From Rotaria socialis (taxonomy: Eukaryota), in the NCBI GenBank assembly GCA_905331295.1, contig CAJNYD010000306.1:1-46888 (forward strand): a stretch of 46,888 nt of DNA. Direction: 5' to 3'. Numbering within the stretch: the stretch's first letter is position 1; every line of letters starts with the position of its first letter. The notes beneath the pieces were generated by a model. The model had not been told where the DNA came from. It saw nothing but the letters and a program-made list of their open reading frames with translations, and did not search any database. Made by a program: the position numbers and the translations under genes. This document shows positions 35,073 to 46,888 of the stretch, piece by piece.

Positions 35073-38068
35073 GAAATAAATTAAAAAAGAGAACTCCTGA
35101 AGCAACGAAAAATGACGATTTTAGGTCCTTGTCAATTGACGATCTGTTCACTGCATTCAAGGTTCTTTTCTCAATAATTGAATATAAGAAAATAGGCAGG
35201 GTGATATAGAATTTCATGCTCTATCAGAATCTATATTTACGTTTTTCAGTAAGTAATTCTATAGAGATGAGAAATTTAAAGAACTAAGTTTGATTGCAGA
35301 AAAAAATCAAGTTTGTGGGAATCTATATATGAATGTGCCTTCGTTGCAATCTATATATTTTGGTAATGAATATGTCTAAACTAAAACAATTATATAGGGT
35401 GATAGAAAACTCCACGGGCTTTCAGAATATGTAATTCGTTTAAAAAGAAGATGTTTTTATGGTAACGATTTAACTGAAATACGAACTGCAGCTTTTTTTT
35501 TTCAGGGGATATATTTTTGCCGCATCTAGAAACGTTATTTGTTTCCATAATTTCTCTAGAAGGATGCTGGTTATGAACAGTAAGGAAAAAGTAGGAGAAG
35601 CTGTTGAATATGTATAAAATAGATTGGTGCAAAGTTCATTTTCCTTTCGTTTCTAATCGATCCTGTGATAAAGAATAAGATTTTGTTTGAAAAATAATGT
35701 TCATATTTTTATTATCAAATACAATTATTTTACAGTTGAGAAATAAAAAAGAAAGAGAAACAGAGAAAAGAAAACAAGTTGTCAACTATATGACAATTGT
35801 CTTTAGTGCACATCTGTTATATACAACAAACAAAAGATTAAAGCCACAAACGAAATCTTGATATTTCAACATCTACTCGACTATGAGGAAAGAGAGCTTG
35901 AGCCATTAAACGATAAGGTTCAACTTTTTTGTAATAAATTTTACCAAAAATATCAAGAAAAGTAAATTCTTTCAAGTTTTTGACCAATTGAGAAAGATCT
36001 TGCTCAAATATAGTCACATGTTGAGCTAAAAGAAGAATTATATTATAAGTATATTTTCTCGTATAAGAGCGTCGTATTTCTATGTATATACCAACAGACT
36101 CGGGTGTTTGTAGAGACTTGAGCCAAGCTAGAAGTAAAACTTCATAACGATATATGCTATAATGTGGTCGATCTTAAATAAAGAAAAAGACAGTAAAATA
36201 ATATCAATTTGTAAAATATATGAGAGATAGTATTAAAAATAATTTTCTTCTTTATCGAACCTAAAAGATTACTGTAAAAGATCTTCTCCATTTGTCATTC
36301 TTTTTTAAAAAATAAATCATTTTATATTTTGTATATAAGCAATTTTTGTTGCTGAATTCTTTTTTTTGTAAAAAATCGATTTACATATGAATTTTCTTAT
36401 GGATAGTTTTAAAAAAGGAAACAGAGTAGTCGAAATAGATGTATAAGAAAAGACGTTGCTTTTTTGCGACTTCCTTCATCAAGTCTCTCTACAAGAATTT
36501 TACCAATCTATCAAGGCTCTTTACGGATTCTTCAAAAGTGATTTTATTATTTGCTTAATTCCATAGAGAAAGAAAGATGCTGTGAATGAGATCATCATTT
36601 CTATCATTTTCTGCTAATCATTTGATTTTTGACCAGATAACTCTAAGAGTATTATAAATTTAATTGATATTTTTAAATAAAATTTTCCTGAATCTTCGCT
36701 TTTTCCTTTTTTCTATGAAAATACACAAAAATGACATATATTATTAAATGAATAAGAATATCTTTTTCAATTTTTTTTCTAAACTTAAATCGATATCGAA
36801 GTTATCGATACAATTCAAATAATTTTAACCACCAATGATTGCTAAATTTGTTCATAATCATTTTATGATAATGAATAAAATGTTACATATTTTCTCAAAT
36901 TCAATCACAAAAAGAAAAAAGAAATCTATTCAAAAACTACAATTGTTGTTTTTTGTTTAAAGAATTTGAAGATAAAATGAAAGTTTTCAAAGCATTTGAT
37001 CTTACTTCTCAAATATGTTGAATCTATGCTACATAAATATAAATCTTGTTTAGTATAAGAAGACGAACGACTTATATAGAACTGATACAAAAAAAAGGAG
37101 AAATTTTTCTTTCATATGTAACTGTGTATCATTATAAAAACATTTGTTTGAATAATAAAAGACAAAATAAAATTCATAATTAGGGATTTATTATAGCTGC
37201 TCCGTAGGAGATAGATCTTATTATGATTGATTTCGTTTGTTTAAAATAAACTTACTCGATGTCCATGGATAATCATCATATCGCCAAAGGCGTAATGTTT
37301 GTAAATGAGGCATATACGTGCTAAGAAAAGGCACAAGATGTTTACCAATAGAAACTGACTTGTTATCACCGTAATGACAACTCGGAAGCCGGAATTCAGC
37401 ATATTGAACAGTACTTAATGCGTTGGTTCTCAGTTCGTTAGGTGTCTAAAAAGAAAACAAATAAATCATACTGGTCCGGTCTGGCAGGTAAACCGGTGAA
37501 ATTCGATTAAAAACCGGCGAAAAAATGTGGACTTTTTTCGAAAAACAATTTTTTGAAAAAATGATTCCAGCTATGGACCAGTTCAGAAGCGCATGTAAAA
37601 GACACTCATCATAATGAATCTCTTTAAACGAAAGCTCAGAACAAATGATTAAAATAAAAATCGTTTTGAGCTCCACTTTTAAGCACTCCGACAGAAAAAT
37701 GCAGAAAACCGCCGGTATATGAAAGCCGATTTTTCGGCCGGAAATTTTTCTGGTGGATTCCAACCAAATTCCTGTGCTTTCTGGCAGCAACCTATTGGAA
37801 ATCATCGGAAAAAAATCCGAAATTTTCCAACCCGAATACTGTTTGCATGTTTTTCTGAACGATACAGGACAAAGTTGTAACCGGTCCGGCCGGACAGGAC
37901 CGATTGAGATAATTGAACCGGCCGGTTCCTACCGGTTTTTATCGATTTGAGAAAATTGTAAATGTTAGTTAATATTAGTTAATATTGCATTAGCAGCGCA
38001 TGGTACCAGTCAACTTATAGTACATATTTTAAATGAAAGAAGCAGTTATTATATTCTTAAATTTAAAC

Positions 38069-39975
38069 GTTCCTATCGATGGCTTTAGGTGTGTCAACAA
38101 CATCATTGCTGATCCCATAGAAATGTGTTCGATTGCAAAGAACCATTATGAACCTCAATTTTCCAATCATCCTCCCGATCATTCAGAAATTGAAGCTGAA
38201 GCAGAAAATCTTGATCTTGAAATTGGAAATGTTTTGAAAAACAATCCATCTCCTTCCATCATTATAAACTATTTAGACTTGAAACGCTCCATCTCATCAC
38301 TTAAAAATAAGAATTCTACTGGTGTGGATGGCGTTTCAAATAGAATTATCAAAATTCTCCCATCGAATCATCTATCCTTTATCCTGAAATGTTTCAACAA
38401 CTTCGCCAAGTCGCTACAAACCCCTCTTCAGTGGCATACAGCTAAAATGATTTTATTATCCAAAACAAAATCACGAATAATTCCCATCGATGAAACCAGA
38501 CCAATTTCACTTTTACCTTGCTTTTCGAAATTATTCGAAAAATGTTTTCTGCTTCATTTTCGCCGATGGATCAATGATCAAGGTTTACTCCCGGATGAAC
38601 AAAGTGGTTTTCGTCCAGGTCATAATATGGCAGTTAGGTTGGTTGCAATTGTCGGCCAGATTGGACAAAGCCTATCGGAACATACAGCTGCTGGTGGTCT
38701 ATTTGTTGATTTTCGTACCGCATTCAATCAGCTATGGTTTAATGGATTATGGATCAAGTTAACAAAATTAAATTGTCCCATGACGCTAATTTCCTGGTTG
38801 CGTCACTATCTATGTAATCGAAAAGCCTTCATCGATATTAAATCATCTCAGTCCACTGTGTTCAATCTAGCTAAAGGAGTCCCACAAGGCAGTGTGGTCG
38901 GCCCTGTTTTGTTCATAGTTTACCATCACGATCTCCTTGCATCGCTGGAAACTATTCACTGGAAACATTTATTTGCCGACGATTTATCTATCTTATTTTC
39001 GCCGGATTCTTCGTTAGCTCCATCGAACATGATCAGGGATATCACTGAACAAATCATTAAGGTTCTCAATCGACTCATTGATTATTCTAAATCCTGGAAG
39101 CAACCGATAAATTTCAATAAAACCCATTGGATGTTATTCAACAGACAAGTTGCTCCAAAGTTACCAGAAATTGTTTGTCAGGGTCACCTTATCAATCATG
39201 TCAATAGATTTAAATATCTAGGCACCTTTCTTAACGAGAAACTTTCATTCAATCCGCATATTGATTACATCAAATCAAAAATCAACTCAAACCTGAAAAT
39301 ATTCAAACGGTTATCATCGACCAGAATGACTTGTGAAAAAATTAATTTCAAATTGTTCAATGCATACATCCGCCCCTATTACCAATCGCTTCTCAATGTC
39401 TATCCAATTTTATCGGACGGGAAGAAAGGTCAATTAGAAGGTCTAAATCGTAAAATCTTTCGAATTATCCACAACTGGCATGGCGCCAGAAATATTGAAG
39501 TTACGAATTTGAACAAATACCGATCAATAGCCGAACTTACTGCAGCACATTGGAATAAACTCATAGACACAATTATTAGAACAAATCCTAGTGTTATTCA
39601 AGATTATTTACAACACAAAATGTCAATTCTATACATCTACGAATATGTAAACAATCCAGCACTAGCGATGGAAAGAAAAGCTGTCTTTGAAAGAGGTAGA
39701 ATCCGCNCAACCAATAATCCTTATCCACTAAATTTAGTATGGTTCAAAACAAAATCGCCTATTTACGTCATCTACTCTCTTGCTCTTATTATTGTCTTTT
39801 GATCTTCACATTTGTATCTCTTATTTTTTTATTTTGGCCGATTTTTCGTCTCGTTCCTTCCATTTTTGTTATTTCAACTTGTTTTTCTTTCAGGCTACAG
39901 GAGCGAGTTCGTTCATAGCCATGGGATATTGTTTAACGATTATCCCTTAATAAAGAGCTCTAATTAAAAAAAAAA
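38069..39975 (+). mobile_element. 5'-truncated non-LTR retrotransposon (LINE) with RT domain, poly(A) tail and 14-bp TSD
   Basis: RT motifs STGVDGV, RPISLLPCFSKLFEK, QSGFRPG, DFRTAFN, GVPQGSVVGPVLF, LFADD, KYLG. AATAAA at 39949 and A-tail to 39975. TSD TCTTAAATTTAAAC at 38055-38068 and 39976-39989. No endonuclease or ORF1. One N at 39707. Confidence 0.95.
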
Positions 39976-40369
39976 TCTTAAATTTAAACTCAAGTTTTCA
40001 TTCTTTCAACTTCTTTTCAAATAAAAGTTTTATTATTTACTGTTTATAATTTTTTAACAATCAGAACGTAGTCATGCATTGATCGTTTATTTGCTTTCAT
40101 CTTATTTCTTTGATTTGATTTTAATTTCTTCTTTTTAATATGCCGACATGTCATACATGACGTGCTGTACGCGGTACAGCGTCGTAAACCACCGTTTCAA
40201 CAAGTTCATTCACCAATGAAATTGAGCGACAACTACGAATTTATGAAAGGACATCATATGAATTACCGGAAGATTAGTAATCCATTAATATTCTGGCGTG
40301 ATCAACAAAAAGTTTTACCCATTCTATCGAAAACAGCAAAATCTGTTTTTGTTATACAAGTGTCATCTG

Positions 40370-40660
40370 CCCATGTCAAAAAATACGGTCAGTATACGGC
40401 CGTTTACGGTGAAAAAAACGATATCTAAACGGACCGTATACGATCATGATACTGGATGCAGGAATACGACCGTATCGTAATGAGAATCCGGCGTATATAC
40501 GACCGGATACGGCGAAAATACGGTATCGTTTACAGTGGCGTATTACTGCATCCAGTACGATGGGAAAATACGGACAGTTTACTGCCGTAAGGATGTCGTT
40601 TTCCTACCGTTTACTTTCAGAAAACGGACCGTAAACGATATCCGTTTTGATCGACTTCGG
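40370..40660. mobile_element. CCC-terminal MITE (CACTA/CMC-like) with 2-bp TSD
   Basis: Imperfect TIR CCCATGTCAAAAAATACGG / CCGTTTTGATCGACTTCGG. Many (A)TACGG/CCGTA repeats. TG duplicated; excision restores TCA TCT GCT GAA (SSAE) of the hAT domain. Confidence 0.85.
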
Positions 40661-40991
40661 TGCTGAATCTGAACGACATTTCTCAAAAGCGGGACAAGTT
40701 GTCACTGAGCAACGATCTCAGTTGGATCCTGAATGTTTAGAATCACTTGTCGTTCTAAAAGAAGCTTACTTAATTTAAACAAAATATGACCTAAATAAAA
40801 ATCATAGTATCTTTTTTTATACGTATGTTTCATTTAACTTGTGGATTTAATATCTAGTGAAATGATCTTTTTTTAATCTTGTATTTAACGTAACTGTTTG
40901 TTTTCATGTAAAAAAAGCGTTATTTCGTATAAATTTTGAACTAAGTAATAACAGAAATCAAAATTAAATATCGAACTTAGGGGGAAGGAAA

Positions 40992-42825
40992 CCCATGTAA
41001 ACACGAAACGCAGAATCGATACGTTGAAACGCGGAAAACGGTTTTATAATGCGTTCCAATGAGTTTTCAGTATGAAACGCATTGAGACGCACTTAGAAAA
41101 TTTTTGAAACGCATCTGAACGCAGTGTTTTAACACAACGCATTTAAACGTAATTTGAAATCAATATTAACCGCGTCTCATTGCGTTTCATATTGAAATCG
41201 CGTTTATACGCAGTTAGTCAAATTCGACTGAACGCGTTCAAACGCAGTGTAATATAAGACGCGTTTGAGCGTGTTTCGAAAAAATACGAGATGCGTTTGA
41301 GCGCGTTTCCGAACAAATATGAAACGCATTTGGACGCACTTTTGTTAAAAATCGCGTTGACGTGCAACTAATGACATCAGATTCTTTAAGATGTTCAATA
41401 TAAGTGAATAGATCAAGTAAATTTAAGAAAAGAATATATGATAAATATTCAGATAGAAAATATTCATAGCCTACATAAACCCAGAAATAGGTATCGTTAA
41501 GATTATTAAATCTATACATTTGCTTTCCATTCATTTAAATAAAAGTACTTTTATATATTGATATATTTACACTGCTTGTATATTCGTGAGAGCGCTTTGT
41601 AAGAGTATCCAGCCCTAGACTTGGTCACGTTCGACAGTAATATGAGACACGAAAATCTATCAAGTTGCTGTTCTATTCTATTTGTATATTATCTGGTATT
41701 TGTAACTTTTATACATTACATTATTATTATCTTACATAGTCAACTTTGGTCATTTCCAAGATGAAAGGTCGCATCGTATTAATGAAACTTATTTAAGATT
41801 GTTAATATGACGAATAGATTTTTGGAAAATAAATATTAGATTTTTCTTAGCTGAACTTTGCTATCAAAGCTCTTTATCTTTTATCTATTATTTTGACGAC
41901 TTCAAATGATCACTATTAAGTAGTTTCATGCATAAATCTAGATCTTTTTTTCAATTGATATCAGTCATTATTGAAAGCTCTCATTTCAGTTACATTGATA
42001 ATTATATTAAGAGAAAATAACGAGGATATATTTAATAAAATAAAGTCAGCTGATATTAAACGTCGAACTAGGATAGTAACGCTGGTGATTTCGTGTAAAA
42101 AAAACATCATTATACACCCTGCCTTAAATGGAAAAGGTTGTCCCATGAAGTTTTCGAAATTAAAAAAAATATTAAATAAAAGTTACTTTTGTGAAAATAC
42201 TTTTATCTACCAAATATGTATATTTGCAATTAATAATTGCGTAAAAATTATATTTTTTTCTACATTACTATCATTTATACATTTGTAAGTTTTATATGAA
42301 TTCATAACCCTCATAGACTTTGCATGCCATTCGACAACGATTGTAGTCATATATGGCTGCGCGGTACGTATACTTGTCTCTTAATCATTGGTTCACATGT
42401 TCTAATCTCATTTCAATCATTTCAGATTCATCGACATGTCGATATGCTAACAGTTCGTTGACCTACAGTAGGGTAAAGATCATGGATAGAGAATATCGAT
42501 GGTGACTCAGATCAAACCTGAGACGAACTGAAATAATTTTTTCAATAATTTTTAATAAATTGTATGAAACGCGTCTAGACGCAGTTTTTTTTGAAGACGC
42601 GTCCCCTGTGAAACATTCGAAGCGTTCAGACGCGTTTTTATTTCAAAACACGTTTTCCCTTGACTTTGCAAAAAACCGCGTCTGAACGAGATTTTACCTT
42701 CAGTCGCGTCAAAACGCTTCGTTTGTTTCACTGGAGACGCATTTAGACGCGTTCGCTTCTGTGCGTTTCGCACGCAAATGGAACGCGTTTCAGACGCGTT
42801 TCGAGACAAAAAATATTTACATGGG
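40992..42825. mobile_element. 1.8-kb non-autonomous TIR element with AAACGC/GCGTTT subterminal arrays
   Basis: TIR CCCATGTAAA (40992) / TTTACATGGG (ends 42825). Dense (A)AACGC/GACGC motifs at 41005-41360 and 42565-42800. AT-rich core. No clear TSD. Confidence 0.8.
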
Positions 42826-43266
42826 TTAAATCTTTTTTCGGCAAAGATACTTACGGGTCACCCTTTACTTACTATTTGTTAGTATTTGATCTTAGCAATA
42901 TCTAAAGAAAACTTCCTTTGATGCCTAATTATAAGAGGTTTACAAAAATCAAAGGAAAGTAAATGTGTTCTTTACAGTGAACGGCGCGAGTCAATAATAT
43001 TTTTCTCGCTTGCTTGGTGAGTAAATAGCTTTTTCGTATCGTTCGAACACATTTCTTACTGTCCCTGCTGCCATTAATATGCGTGAAAAAATACGTGTGG
43101 TTTTTTTCCTTTGAAAGTAGATTGAAAACGAATAATACGGTCTGCTGGTATAATTCGGATCAGCACTTCAAAATTTTCATATTCTGTTTATTCCTGCTCA
43201 AACATCAGACGTGATAGACAAGTGATTTTTTCTATCACTGATAGTTCAAAGTATTTTATAGCTATT

Positions 43267-43984
43267 GGATCGAGTCCAGAATTCAGTGATCAGAATTCCG
43301 ACAAACATAAACCCGGGAAAGGATTTTATTGGATCCGGCTAGTTTCGATAAAAGGATCGAACAGGGTCCTATCGGATCCTTCAACGAAACATAACGGATC
43401 CGACAGAAACCGATCGGATTCAGATCATTAATCAATATGGAATATGAAAAAAGTCTTTCTACCGATATACGACATATAAATCCAAGAAATTTAATTTCGT
43501 ACATTGTAATGGTATTAAATCACCACAATAAAAAAATCTAATAAATAAAAATCATTGGTTAATTACGAAAAAATTAATTTTGTACAGTATCGTTGAATTA
43601 AATATCGAGGATAAAAATTCGTAATAAATATATAGTATAGAATAAAGGAAAGAAAGAAAGAAATTCTACATTATAATTGATTTAGTTTTACAATTCGTAT
43701 TTGTGGAGCGAAATGAATCGTCTTGATCAGTAATCAGTCCTTATCAATTTAGAAAAGATTCTCTGATATTGATATTATAAGAATTATTCTTCATTTCGGC
43801 GATCTTGTTGCTAAAGTGAACTTATTGTTATATGATCTGCAGAAAACTTTCTTCCAAGAATGCATTTTATACAGATTGTATGATGCACCGTAATCTGACG
43901 AATAGCTTGACGGAATTTGACGAAACTGACTGAAATCCTGTCGGATCTGTCCGACAGAATCCGATGGCTCGGCTTCGACCTGGG
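43267..43984. mobile_element. Degenerate MITE with GGATCC/TCCGA subterminal repeats
   Basis: TCGGAT/ATCCGA motif clusters at 43267-43425 and 43905-43970. Right end TCGACCTGGG resembles the 40370 family. Left TIR not found. Confidence 0.6.
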
Positions 43985-45577
43985 ACATTGTATTTCGATG
44001 TTATCAGAATCTTATCAAGCGGCATAAAATATTAGTAGAAGAGATTTAAACGAATTTCAAATCAGTCCATAATACTCTAATCTACTATAGAAAAAAGTAG
44101 ATTTCACCTAAGAGAACAGCTACCATAATCTACAAATTTCACTGCGACAAAGCAGACCATCACCAGATTAAATTATAATTGTTATATATCTTCAAAACGA
44201 AGAAAATATTTCTAAAAAACCAAGTAATATTTCTCTGCAATTCTCATCTAGTGGCATAAGCTTTGCTTTATGATCAATCGTCATCAGGTAAATCAGATAA
44301 GCTGTTTTTCGAAGTTACTCGTACTCCATCAAACAACGTGTAGTCGGCTTTAAACATTATGGCTAAAAAACAAAAAATCCTTACGAAAACAAATTGTACA
44401 CGGTAGTGTATATGTCAGTTTTTTAGAATTTGTTTGACCTATAATTTTTTATTGGCGCAGCCAAAGCCGCAAATTATTTCATATTAGGCATAGCCATACT
44501 TGACTTAGCAAATCCGCATAAGTTTCATTGAATCCTCAGGACACACCTAGGAACCTTTCCTTGTGAGAATTCTACCATAGCTTATCCTGAAAATTTCTGC
44601 TAGATTAGTAGTACCTGAACCGGAATCGATTTTTGAAGAGTTTCTAAACAAGTATTTTGGACAGGTTATTGATATTGAATGAACTGATCATCACCCTTTA
44701 ACATTTAGTATGAATATCGATTTGTTTATCTTATTTTATCTCGATTTGCAGCTTTAGTTTATTTTATTCCAGCTACTGCTACTAATATAGCAAGTCAATC
44801 TAACACAAATGGAATGATGATTGTAACAACCTCCATCAATCCTTTCATATAACACTTTTCTCCTCTTCACACATGTTACCTTTATCTGGATTTCGTTCTT
44901 TCCTGTCTGTCTGTCGACACCTTTATCTTCTTACATTTTTTTTTACGTTTCTGATTTTCTCTCTGAATGCTTTACCTTGATTAATCTGCTTCATTAGCTC
45001 TCTTTAGTTTGATAATATTCCTGCTTGTTGTCCTTAGCTTAGTATTCTTCTTATTTTTATGTCCTCGGATTGGTGACTCACACCTTTGCTATGACCTCCG
45101 TTGCTCTTTGTTCTTAGCTTAGCATATAAAATAATATGTGTTGTACGTGTAAGAGCAGTCGCGATAATAAACAAAAATAAAGTAACAGCACAACCAAGAC
45201 AATCGAAGACACCCTTATAACAGAAACTGTTACAATGATTATAGTTTAAGACGTCCTAGATTTAGAGACCTGCACCTGTATTCGACTCTGTTGAAGTCGG
45301 AGTCAAATTTATTACATAAAGTATGATGTGTCTCATTCTCATAAACAAAAATTATTTTTCATATTAACAAATGAATAGACAGTAATACTGATTACATCAT
45401 TTATTAGTAAACCTTGAAACGATAAATTGAATGCGTCAGCTCTCAATCATAACGTCTGAATGATACAGTAAACTGATAGTGTAGTGACAGTGAATGAAAG
45501 ATAACAATGACATTTGAATACAATAGTTGTCTACGTTATTTGTTCGTTGTTGCTTATAGGCAAAGAATCATCCAACC

Positions 45578-45587
45578 NNNNNNNNNN
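45578..45587. other. Assembly gap (10 N)
   Basis: Run of N in the sequence. Confidence 0.99.
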
Positions 45588-46811
45588 GAAAGCATCAAAA
45601 GAATTTAATTTCAGGCAGAAAAATGTGGGTTTTAGCGACTTTAGAATCGTATTCTTGATCAAAAACGGTCAGTTTGCAGGTAGTTGCACTTGTAAGTAAT
45701 CTCTTTTCTTAATAAAGCAACTGGCATTTAAAGGTTAATGTGCGGACTTTAAAGCCGCGAATGAATGATTCTCTGCTTGAGATGCATGATCTTTATACCA
45801 CACTCTTAAAAAGATTTACGAGTTTCTCGGAGTCGAAGTCGTGTTTCAGAATCAAAAAGGTCGACTCCGTAGGTCTCTACCGAGATTAAATCCTGACCAA
45901 ATTCACAAAGCTAATTTTTACATTCAGTAAAACATTAAGTGATTGGATATTTTATTCTGTTAATAAGTATTTATTTTCTACTTCGAAATTATCTTTATGT
46001 ATTTGTGATATATGAGATTATTCTGAATTTTTAGTGCCTATGCTAGATATCTTCTAATCTTATGGTTAGATATTAGGAAGGTTTCATGGAAAAATATAGA
46101 AATGTTGCCTAAGCTTGTTGAAGTTTTTTGAGTTCTTGTATGTTTTTGAACTTTAACATATCATATAGTCTATTATGGGATTGAAAGGCGATAACAGAGG
46201 AACATATATTACATACTTATGCTGCAATACAAATAGTGCATTTTTTCAATCGAATTTGAAATTACAATCTTTACTAAAATTAAAGTAGGAAGATCTGGTA
46301 TGAAAAAATATCTTTTAAACAGGACAGGCTAAATATGGATAGTTTAAACGTACTTACGGAAAAAATAATATTCAACAACAGCCGAAATCAAAGAAGAATA
46401 AGTGAATGTAGTAGTAATAAATATTACCAATAGCGGTACAATAAATAAAAGTACGACAAGTGCTGTCTTTTTATTTTGCCTATACTTTACTGATCACTGA
46501 TGCATATATTGATTTTCATCAGCAAAAATATACGCAAGCAGTCGGACAGAGAAATAGGCACGTAGCGTTATTCTCCGTTCTGTACGTAGGAACACTGTCT
46601 TTTCCTCTACTGAATGGAGGGTATTACGCCGAAATGAGTTGTTACGTTCGTGTGTGTGTGTGTGTTTTCGTTCGCAAAAAACAGAATTTTTTTTCACCTA
46701 TTTCAAGTAACGTCTTTACAAAGCTTGACAAGAAGTAGAACTCGGACAAGTACAAGTATAGCAAGTAAAAGTATTTTACTTTTACTCGAAAAAGAAAGTT
46801 TGTACGTTTAC

Positions 46812-46884
46812 GGGGTGTGGGTGTGGGTGGGGGTATCAATGTTCGTTGAATTGATTCCCAGACCCCCACACCCACACCCACCCC
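46812..46884. repeat. Inverted pair of TGTGGG/CCCACA arrays
   Basis: GGGGTGTGGGTGTGGGTGGGGG (46812-46833) faces CCCCCACACCCACACCCACCCC (46863-46884). Confidence 0.8.
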
Positions 46885-46888
46885 ATTC

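Larger units (their letters stand above)
37467..40780 (+). mobile_element. Decayed, internally deleted hAT element hosting a LINE and a MITE
   Basis: CCGG-rich subterminal-like region 37467-37950. Remnant transposase at 40140-40775: NPLIFWRDQQKVLPILSKTAKSVFVIQVSS|AESERHFSKAGQVVTEQRSQLDPECLESLVVLK (hAT dimerisation domain). Outer boundaries uncertain; linking the left part to the remnant is inferred. Confidence 0.6.

Noticed and set aside
38069..39975. Possible Penelope/Athena-type or domesticated RT with a ribozyme
   Set aside because: Motifs, poly(A) tail and TSD are those of an ordinary non-LTR element; no hammerhead core seen.
41005..42800. Dense short repeats resembling a CRISPR or iteron array
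   Set aside because: 5-6-bp motifs with irregular spacing between TIRs, no repeat-spacer periodicity, no cas genes, eukaryotic context.
44000..45100. Coding-like minus-strand fragments with splice-like sites (similar patches near 13000-13450, 22680-23200 and 35700-37400)
   Set aside because: Many stops and no recognisable family; they may be old pseudogenes but cannot be supported without a search.

Overview
AT-rich eukaryotic (animal) genomic DNA with many short (about 50-65 nt) GT-AG introns. Intron size, gene content, TGTGGG repeats and the MITE families suggest a bdelloid rotifer; this is an inference, not a tested assignment. In order, the window holds: a decayed Ty3/Gypsy gag-pol interrupted by a deleted hAT element; a divergent SLC25 glutamate-carrier-like gene; a class-V aminotransferase pseudogene (minus strand); a frameshifted FEM1-like ankyrin gene; nested hAT MITEs; a six-exon gene for a ~1878-aa R-S-E ADP-ribosyltransferase plus TPR protein; an intronless alpha-arrestin; an intronless MTMR14; an SPSB/gustavus SPRY-SOCS gene with unusual extra motifs; PrimPol; and a nested transposon pile (a 5'-truncated LINE with a 14-bp TSD inside a hAT remnant, plus CCC...GGG-ended MITEs). 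All apparently intact genes are on the + strand. The strongest leads are the toxin-type ART-TPR protein and the SPSB protein, which carries nucleosome-tether-like motifs and an internal DINNN-like motif. Gene models were spliced by hand and no database searches were run.
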